DNA of 64,000 nucleotides from an uncultured Nitrospinota bacterium (GTDB lineage Bacteria; Nitrospinota; Nitrospinia; Nitrospinales; JAJDAT01): NCBI GenBank assembly GCA_964344185.1, contig CAYFMN010000015.1, positions 12,142 to 76,141 of the forward strand, read 5' to 3'. Shown piece by piece: positions 57,380 to 64,000 of this stretch (position 1 is its first letter; each line of letters starts with the position of its first letter). The notes under the pieces were generated by a model. It saw only the letters and a program-made list of their open reading frames with translations, ran no database searches and was not told where the DNA came from. The position numbers and the translations under genes were made by a program.

Positions 57380-58705
57380 CTAATTTGAAGTCTGGGGTAT
57401 CTTTTCATTCAGATATTCAAACATTGCATCGGCGAATATTTTGTTCCCTATTTCATTCAGATGGGGATCGTATTTCCACACTGGAGAATTCCCTCGTTCT
57501 CTAGACTGATTTAGTTTTTTATATACAGGAATATATCCATAATTTGAATAATCAGAAAGCTTATTTAACCAATTAGAGGCAAACTTTACAGGAGGAATCG
57601 AATCATTATGAAATTGAAAAGCGTCGACCACAATAAAATTTTTTCCCAAACCAATAACTTGATCTCCCAACATTTTTAGCGTTTTTAAATTTACCAAGTT
57701 AGTCGTAGTCCATGAAGGAAAGTTCTTTTTGTCTCCAGTTCCATAATAAACTCCAATCTCTTCTTCATGTTTATTTAAAAATCGACCGACGCTTTTTTTA
57801 AGTTTGGATATTAAGTCTAAAAGAAAAGATTTTTTATCTATTTCCACGCTTCTTTTTCCATTCATTTCTTTTTTGATAAATTTCTGTTGTTGATCGACAA
57901 ACTTTTGGAAATCCTTAGGAATAAAAATCTGGAATGGCAACTCGTCAATATATGAAATTCGATTCATATTTGCTTTTATATTCTCAAACTCATTGCTCCT
58001 AATATATAAAAAATCATTTACAAAGTTTTTTCTCTCTTCTTCTGACAAAACTTCAGGGCGTTCTTCCTTTAGAGTAACAACAGGCCTAATATCCAAACAT
58101 TTTTTTTCTCCCAGGTCGTCGATTCCAAAGAATTCCTTTTGACACCAGGTCGTGGAGATTGTTCGTAAATAGTTATTTTCGAAAATATATACAAATACAA
58201 AATCTGGCTTAAACTTGGAAACATAACTAGTCCAGTTCAGTAATATCTGGTCTATTCCATATCCTGGCACTCCAAAATTAAGGACTTCATATTTGTTACC
58301 AGTGTCGCTTAACTCTTCGTTCAATCTTCTTTCTAGCAATTGACCCGCAGTCTTTTCAAAATCTAATTGCCTTGCCGCAATCATAGAATCGCCTAATAAA
58401 GCTATGCGTACTGTTTTGGGCTCTTTATCTATCGTTCTTTCATAGTCCCTAAACCCATGTGAGTTGATTTTAATCTTAGAACTAAACTCTCTGGCGTACC
58501 AATGATGACCGGTAATTATATGCTCCGAATTTGGAATGAATCTCCAACCTAAAACACGGTGCGGTTCAAAAGGAATAACCTTATAGGAGGGATTAAAATA
58601 AACATAAATCTGACCGCCGACCTCTATTGCGACTCCAACGATAAAAAAAATGAAAATATTGGCGATTATTATTTTGAAGAAAACTCTGGATTTTGGCGCA
58701 TCCAT
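57380..58705 (-). CDS. membrane-anchored SGNH/GDSL-like hydrolase (divergent third paralog)
   Basis: N-terminal TM; IALLGDSMIAARQ; NFGVPGYGIDQ; C-terminal YDPHLNEIGNKIFA. Confidence 0.6.
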   Translation of the reverse strand: MDAPKSRVFFKIIIANIFIFFIVGVAIEVGGQIYVYFNPSYKVIPFEPHRVLGWRFIPNSEHIITGHHWYAREFSSKIKINSHGFRDYERTIDKEPKTVRIALLGDSMIAARQLDFEKTAGQLLERRLNEELSDTGNKYEVLNFGVPGYGIDQILLNWTSYVSKFKPDFVFVYIFENNYLRTISTTWCQKEFFGIDDLGEKKCLDIRPVVTLKEERPEVLSEEERKNFVNDFLYIRSNEFENIKANMNRISYIDELPFQIFIPKDFQKFVDQQQKFIKKEMNGKRSVEIDKKSFLLDLISKLKKSVGRFLNKHEEEIGVYYGTGDKKNFPSWTTTNLVNLKTLKMLGDQVIGLGKNFIVVDAFQFHNDSIPPVKFASNWLNKLSDYSNYGYIPVYKKLNQSRERGNSPVWKYDPHLNEIGNKIFADAMFEYLNEKIPQTSN

Positions 58706-58897
58706 ATCAACCTTGGAACTAGAAATTTAAAGATTCAAAAATGGAAAAATCTAACTTATCGAATCCGCCTTAATGTTAACACTTTCATTCAACTATGGCT
58801 TCAGTCAAGCGGCTATTATCAAAGTACCTTTCATTTCATTGCTTTTAGTAAATTCAAGGTTCCCAAAAGATCAAACCAATATGACAGAAAGCATCAA

Positions 58898-58940
58898 ATT
58901 TCAACTAAATTACCAATAATCACATTAATTTAGTTGAAAT
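58898..58940. promoter_or_regulatory. perfect 15-bp inverted repeat with 13-nt spacer in a divergent promoter region
   Basis: ATTTCAACTAAATTA (58898-58912) and TAATTTAGTTGAAAT (58926-58940) are exact reverse complements. About 80 nt upstream of the TTG at 59019. Confidence 0.5.
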
Positions 58941-59018
58941 ATTCGCATCAATTCAATAAAATATGGTATTCCAAAAATATTCTACACGCAAAAAATAATA
59001 AGTGGAAAGGAGAACACT

Positions 59019-59870
59019 TTGACGGTAGGAGCAAAACTTATAACCTATACCAATATAACAAGTAGAAAAATAAGAACTGAAGATGTTTATACAATATCTG
59101 GGAGTAAAATAAAAAAAGTATCTAATGAAATAGTCCAAACCAAAAAAGTCGAAATAAAAAAAGGAGTTTTTGAAGCAAGAACAATAATTGGTTACAAAAA
59201 TGGCAATAAAACTCTTGATTATTTGGACAAGAATGAATGGGTGAATTTTCTTCAAGCGCTTAGCGCAATTATGACAACAAAATCGACTTATAAAAATATC
59301 AAAAAACAATATCTATGGGGGAAACTCCATCAACTTGGCAAACGAAAACTAAAATATATACACGGAGTCGTTGAGAAAATTGGAAATGCCGAACCAACAT
59401 ACCCGTGCGTCCAATGCGGCATAGTCCTACCTATAAGATTAATTACTGTAGATCATAAGTTTCCACAATCTGGTGGAGGACTATTAGCAATAGCCGAAGT
59501 TCTGCGTGTCTGGGGCTGGACTGAGCAGGGAGCTAAAACAACAAAGGGAAAAATATTTACCGAGGTTAAATCAACCTATAAAAAAGTCAACACAGATCCA
59601 TGGACAGCTTTTCAATTGCTCCCTCATTACTACAAAAAATTTAACACTAATACAGCTGTTCCAACTATGGGAGGGCTTAAAAAATCGTTAACTAAAATTA
59701 AACCGAGCTATGAATTGAATGATAAGGGTAAAGCATTTCTAAGTCTCGTGATTGCCACAAAAGGCCTTAAAGATCTCGCAAATGCTTGCATGCATTCTTA
59801 TCTTAATTTAGTTCCCATGTGCATGTATTGCAACAGTAGTAAAAACGATTCTATTAAAGCCATGATGTAA
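59019..59870 (+). CDS. HNH-like nuclease with an unusually long insertion inside the HNH motif, plus an unknown N-terminal domain
   Basis: TTG start 7 nt after AAGGAG. C130-x2-C133 ... D145-H146 ... (about 115 aa) ... N263 ... C268-x2-C271-N-x2-K275. Confidence 0.55.
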   Translation: MTVGAKLITYTNITSRKIRTEDVYTISGSKIKKVSNEIVQTKKVEIKKGVFEARTIIGYKNGNKTLDYLDKNEWVNFLQALSAIMTTKSTYKNIKKQYLWGKLHQLGKRKLKYIHGVVEKIGNAEPTYPCVQCGIVLPIRLITVDHKFPQSGGGLLAIAEVLRVWGWTEQGAKTTKGKIFTEVKSTYKKVNTDPWTAFQLLPHYYKKFNTNTAVPTMGGLKKSLTKIKPSYELNDKGKAFLSLVIATKGLKDLANACMHSYLNLVPMCMYCNSSKNDSIKAMM

Positions 59871-60071
59871 TTTCATTGATCATTCATCCCTCCTTTATTT
59901 CACAAAATTCCCCAAGTAACAGAATTCGACACGTTAACAAAAGAAAGTTATACTCATTGCGTTGTAAATAGAATATTTGAATCGCAATTCCTCATTTTTA
60001 CCGTTTCTCTAAAAAAACAACTGTAGTTTCTTTTTTAACTTAGAAATCTTACCAAATAAACGATTCAAGTT

Positions 60072-61109
60072 TTGAATACTTCCCGCAACAAACAGTTTAT
60101 TTTTTTCACTGTTGCAATAACAATATTAGCGTCGCTTATTTGCATTTTTCTTGTCGACTATTATTTTATATTTAACAGGAAATGGGGTTGCGAACTCTGC
60201 CAATTCGACTCTGAATTAGGTTGGAGTATCATGAAAAATGCAACGGCGAACAATGAAAAAGTAACCTACACAACCAACTCCTTAGGGTTCAGATCAAAAG
60301 AAGTAGATTCATCGAAAAAACATATTCTGGTTATTGGAGATTCCGTCACTTTCGGAGTGGGCGTTAACAACAATCAAACAATCTCTTATTACTTGGAACA
60401 AAAACTAAAAATCTACCAAGCTTTAAATGTAGCGGCGCCAGGATATGGCATAGATCAATACTATCTAAACCTAAAAAGAAATATTTCGAAAACAAACCCA
60501 AAAGCTATTGTTGTTATAATTTATACGGGCAACGATTTGGACGATACCAGAAAGGATAGTTCATATGGAATGAGCAAACCGTTTTTCGCTTTCGTAAATG
60601 GAGAGTTAAAAAACATAAACCCAAAACTGTCGCGATTATCATGTCAAAATTTCTTAACAGGAAGTAGAATAATAAAATCCATTATCCCCAACAAGATAAA
60701 AAATCAATTTTGCAAGTCGAGAGTATTCAGTCAAAACCAAGCGTCTTCTCAAATTGCGGGATTATTAGAAAATATTAAAGACGTAGCAAACGCTCGTAAT
60801 TCAAAAATATTATTTGTACTGTCACCTTCGCTCATTGCGGTCAAATCGGTTCAATGCGAATTAAAAAAATCGCCAAAACAGTGCAAACAGTTCGATAAGG
60901 GATTTCAATTATATTATATATATTTCAGAAAACTGTTAGAACTTGGCAAATACTCTTATGTGGATCACCTACAAAATCTTCTTTGGGCGGGAGAGAATAC
61001 TAAATTAGAGTCTCTTTATCACGATAATGGCAAAGACACTCACCACTACTCACCACTGGGCAACGAATTATTAGCAAAATCCATTGCCGATCACATAAAC
61101 AAACTTTAG
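60072..61109 (+). CDS. membrane-anchored SGNH/GDSL-like hydrolase (paralog of 45859..46917)
   Basis: YTTNSLGFRSKE...ILVIGDSVTFGVGV...APGYGIDQYYL...YTGNDL...DTHHYSPLGNELLA, colinear with 45859..46917. TTG start. Confidence 0.7.
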   Translation: MNTSRNKQFIFFTVAITILASLICIFLVDYYFIFNRKWGCELCQFDSELGWSIMKNATANNEKVTYTTNSLGFRSKEVDSSKKHILVIGDSVTFGVGVNNNQTISYYLEQKLKIYQALNVAAPGYGIDQYYLNLKRNISKTNPKAIVVIIYTGNDLDDTRKDSSYGMSKPFFAFVNGELKNINPKLSRLSCQNFLTGSRIIKSIIPNKIKNQFCKSRVFSQNQASSQIAGLLENIKDVANARNSKILFVLSPSLIAVKSVQCELKKSPKQCKQFDKGFQLYYIYFRKLLELGKYSYVDHLQNLLWAGENTKLESLYHDNGKDTHHYSPLGNELLAKSIADHINKL

Positions 61110-61503
61110 TCGTATGAATTGTTTGAAACAGGCACTACCCCTACTACCTAAATATCCGAGATTATCCCATCTAAGATCACCTTGTCAGGGGTCACTTCAA
61201 CTTAGCTCCTAGCCTGTAGTACCCCATCTTATCCAACAGGACCACAAGGTGTCATGTCACGTCATGGCAGATTTTAGCTATCCCCAGAAGGACCAAAAAC
61301 ATTTTGATGTTGTTTCGTTATATTCCCCATTCGGCTAGGAATCACTTAACATGATAAGTGAGTAAGGAAGGGGAATTCAAAAATTTGCCCAAAAAGGACC
61401 TCCTTTCAAATTCCCTTAAATGGGAAAAATAAAAATTTGGCATATGAAATTTTACTAGATTGTAGCATAATTGGGCAAACAAAGATCAACCCTGGAGTTT
61501 TCC

Positions 61504-62259
61504 ATGCTAAGGCTATTTATCCTTGTCCTAATCCTATCTATACCAAGCAATGCATTTGCCCACCGTTCAGGCTGTCACCGCAAGCATAGTTGCCCATCTG
61601 ATCGAGGGACTTATACCTGTGGCGACACTGGCCATTGTTCAGGATGTCCGGATAACCAGTATTGTCAGAATGGTAGTGTAAGGACTTACAGTCCACCCGT
61701 TGAGGAAAGCGTGGAAAGTAGTTTATTGACCAAGCAAGAACCCGGGTTTGAAGATTTACCAATTGAAACGGATGTCAAGGAGTATACAAAAATTACGGGA
61801 GCATTTGGAGTAACCTTTGGAGAGACGGTAGGGGTTTTGAAGAGTAATGGCCTTAATCCATCGCCAATCGAAACGATAGAGGGAGCTTATTTTTTCCAAC
61901 CTGAAAAAGGTTATAAAGTATTTTCAAATTATTTAGTGAGAGTAACTCCCAAAAGTAGAAAAATATTTAATGTTGGCGCATTCGGGAAAATGGAAAATAA
62001 AGAAGTTTGTGAAACCGAATTAAAAACCCTTGAAAGAATTCTAAATAAAAAATACGGGAAACCCTCTAATCAAACAGATAAGTTTATTTTAATTAATCAA
62101 GAGAAAGGCGGTATTAGGGCTGTTTGCAAATCGAATTCTTTAAATATTTATTACCTCGATTTCGAATTACAAGATCAAGCCAGGAAAGAAAAAGAAGAGA
62201 TTGAAAAGGAATTAAGAGCCAAGAAGGAGAAAGAGGAAATTAATTCTTCAGGACTTTAG
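61504..62259 (+). CDS. secreted protein with N-terminal Cys/His-rich knot, unknown family
   Basis: The ATG at 61504 (after CTGGAG) gives signal peptide MLRLFILVLILSIPSNAFA. Mature N-terminus HRSGCHRKHSCPSDRGTYTCGDTGHCSGCPDNQYC (6 Cys, 4 His in 35 aa). Lys/Glu-rich tail. Confidence 0.55.
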   Translation: MLRLFILVLILSIPSNAFAHRSGCHRKHSCPSDRGTYTCGDTGHCSGCPDNQYCQNGSVRTYSPPVEESVESSLLTKQEPGFEDLPIETDVKEYTKITGAFGVTFGETVGVLKSNGLNPSPIETIEGAYFFQPEKGYKVFSNYLVRVTPKSRKIFNVGAFGKMENKEVCETELKTLERILNKKYGKPSNQTDKFILINQEKGGIRAVCKSNSLNIYYLDFELQDQARKEKEEIEKELRAKKEKEEINSSGL

Positions 62260-62268
62260 GAGAAAGTA

Positions 62269-62751
62269 TTGGGAAAAATCGTAGATGAAAATATGTTAGT
62301 TGATGATGTTAATCCGGATAGTGATAGTATACGTGATGCTTTGGATCATGCGTGGAGGGATCATCATCATATCAGAAACCAGACTTGGAAGGCATTACAA
62401 TTAGAGGCAGCGGCAGCGGCAGGGATTATTGCCCTTGATGTTAACTCTTCAAATTTTATCTTTTCCTTTTTTGGAGGGATCTTTATTTTTTTTATTTCTT
62501 TATTTTGTTCGAAATTAATTATTCATCATAGGAAGGCAGAGATTCTTAAATTTAAACATATTATTAACTTTCAAAGGGCTTTGGGATTACAAAAGCCTAA
62601 TCTTATTTGCGAAGTCAAGGCCCCTCAAGAAGGATTGTTTAATTTTAGGGTAAATACTTCCCAATATCTTATGGTAGTAAATCTTTTAATCGCGATTTTA
62701 ACGATGGTCTTTTTATATTTAAATTTTCCAACAAATTTCAAAACCAATTAA
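62269..62751 (+). CDS. 2-3 TM membrane protein, unknown family
   Basis: 9 nt after the previous stop; TTG start after AGGAG. TMs FIFSFFGGIFIFFISLFCSKLII and YLMVVNLLIAILTMVFLYL. His-rich HAWRDHHHIRN. Confidence 0.45.
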   Translation: MGKIVDENMLVDDVNPDSDSIRDALDHAWRDHHHIRNQTWKALQLEAAAAAGIIALDVNSSNFIFSFFGGIFIFFISLFCSKLIIHHRKAEILKFKHIINFQRALGLQKPNLICEVKAPQEGLFNFRVNTSQYLMVVNLLIAILTMVFLYLNFPTNFKTN

Positions 62752-62816
62752 CGGAAATGAAAGAAACATCTAAGCCAAGAGATACAGGGGATTAAGCTTA
62801 TCTAAGGGGTTTTTAT

Positions 62817-63227
62817 ATGAGTTGTATTGTGTCCGGCCACGGGGCGAGGAATAAGTCGCCAGAACATAAAATAGTGGTTCCAAAGGGTTATAAAGTCGCT
62901 TACTTCGTAAACGACGGGGAACTCCTATATGACAACGATGCCGGCTGGCCAGTATTCAATCATTTGCTTGCTGGCGATGAAAAATGGACTCAAAACAAAA
63001 TAGTTGAAGAGGTTAACGAAGGTCAATGGACTTTTAATTATGCTTGTTGGGATTATCCAGAAATAAAAAGGTGTAGCGGAATATTTAAGGTAGGGGCTTA
63101 CTCAACCAAAGATCCGATAATAGACCTATCAAATTATTCATTTAATAAATATCTAACCTTAAAAGAGATTTTTTCACAGGTTTCGCCTGGAACAATATAT
63201 TGGGTAGCCTGTAGAGAAGTTATTTAA
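62817..63227 (+). CDS. 136-aa soluble protein with a His-Gly ... Ala-Cys dyad pattern, unknown family
   Basis: ATG after AAGGGG. CIVSGHG (H8) and IYWVACRE (C132), each preceded by a hydrophobic strand. Confidence 0.45.
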   Translation: MSCIVSGHGARNKSPEHKIVVPKGYKVAYFVNDGELLYDNDAGWPVFNHLLAGDEKWTQNKIVEEVNEGQWTFNYACWDYPEIKRCSGIFKVGAYSTKDPIIDLSNYSFNKYLTLKEIFSQVSPGTIYWVACREVI

Positions 63228-63389
63228 ATTGATTTAGTTGACTAAGTTTAATTTAAACTTTTTTAAACATGGGGCGTTCAATGAAAAAACCGATTTATTT
63301 TTTAACCATTTTACTTTTTATCCTTTTATTAGCGGCTCCTTTCGTATTGGAAGAATAATGGTTCTCTATATTTCTAAAAGGAAAAAGGA

Positions 63390-64000
63390 ATGCCTAAGCT
63401 TTTTTGCGTAAATTGCCAAAAAGAAGTTTTAGTTTTTTCAGGGAAAAATTGCCCTTTTGGGAACCATTTTATTGATAAAAAAACACTTGAAAAGGTAGTT
63501 GAAGAATTAAAGTCAGGGAAATTAACCCCTGCAAAAATGACAGAATATGAAGATAAAAACTATAAAGAGGGAGATGATGTTCCAGGATGGATTCCTCAAA
63601 TATTTATGGAATTTGCAATTGAATTAGGGGTTGAAATTGAAGCGTGGATTGGACAAGGAAAAATTCTCAAAAATATTAATCTTGGTGAAGGGGTGTGTAA
63701 TGCCTTAGTTGATGAATGGGCAAGATGCGAGCTTAAAAAATGCCGAATGGATTTCGTTGCAACTTTTTATGTTCAGGGAAATTGTTATTTCTCTCAAGGC
63801 ATTATTCCCGCGAAATATTTTTATGCTCAAAAACGATATGCTGATGCTTTGAAGGATGCTGAAAAAGAAAAAGAAGAAACTTTTCAGGATTATGAAGGAT
63901 TAGCAGATCGTTTAAAAGAGTTAGAGAGAATATTAAGTAAGGACTTTAAAAAAAAGGAAGAGCAGGAACAATTAAAGGCCAAAACGGATTTAATTTTTAA
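63390..64000 (+). CDS. Zn-ribbon + possible YopT/C58-like thiol peptidase N-terminal part; runs off window end
   Basis: My own translation from ATG 63390: MPKLFCVNCQKEVLVFSGKNCPFGNH...NLGEGVCNALVDEWARCELKKC..., then a coiled-coil KDAEKEKEETFQDYEGLADRLKELERIL. No stop before 64000. Confidence 0.5.
   Translation, partial: MPKLFCVNCQKEVLVFSGKNCPFGNHFIDKKTLEKVVEELKSGKLTPAKMTEYEDKNYKEGDDVPGWIPQIFMEFAIELGVEIEAWIGQGKILKNINLGEGVCNALVDEWARCELKKCRMDFVATFYVQGNCYFSQGIIPAKYFYAQKRYADALKDAEKEKEETFQDYEGLADRLKELERILSKDFKKKEEQEQLKAKTDLIF

Noticed and set aside
58559-59309. ORFs 58559..58933 (+) and 58953..59309 (-)
   Set aside because: The first overlaps the 5' end of the SGNH gene in antisense, then runs through the AT-rich promoter region. 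The second is antisense to the well-supported (SD + TTG) HNH-like gene and is extremely Phe/Tyr/Ile/Cys-rich, typical of AT-rich shadow frames.
1-64000. Prophage, integrative element, IS/transposon, tRNA, rRNA
   Set aside because: No integrase, transposase, recombinase, phage structural or conjugation genes were recognised in any frame, and no tRNA-like T-arm or rRNA sequences were seen. The only mobile-looking features are the small non-autonomous repeats reported above.

Overview
AT-rich, densely coded 64 kb chromosomal segment from a flagellated diderm (Gram-negative-type) bacterium. I cannot assign a lineage from sequence alone. Most genes are core or envelope functions: gatB, glnS, coaE, greA, trmB, rph, nth, rlpA, an Slt-type lytic transglycosylase, cvpA, a class IV aminotransferase, a fused 5-oxoprolinase, bpt, a CusRS-like two-component pair, an FtsX/ABC + LolA-like + beta-barrel + TlpA envelope cluster, a TonB-dependent receptor + YfiR-like pair, a CaCA antiporter, and a small flagellar accessory cluster (fliL, fliK-like, flhB-C-like). 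I recognised no rRNA, tRNA, CRISPR array, transposase or integrase. Several good starts are TTG or GTG behind clear Shine-Dalgarno sequences. Main second-look items: (1) an intact LpxC deacetylase fused to a receiver domain and a degenerate sigma54-type AAA+ module (40753..42783); (2) an AT-rich accessory tail (about 58.7-64 kb) with an HNH-like nuclease carrying a large insertion, SGNH-hydrolase paralogs, a structured non-coding gap, and a co-directional set of unknown genes including two thiol-peptidase-like proteins; (3) a 447-aa protein ending in an HPr domain, abutting an HNH endonuclease; (4) three families of intergenic hairpin/inverted repeats, one a perfect 30-bp inverted repeat and another bracketing an orphan gene; (5) a single frameshift in a tandem FGE-sulfatase gene; (6) a bactofilin-TM-TPR fusion. 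All family calls come from motif recognition by eye in the supplied translations or my own; no database search was run.
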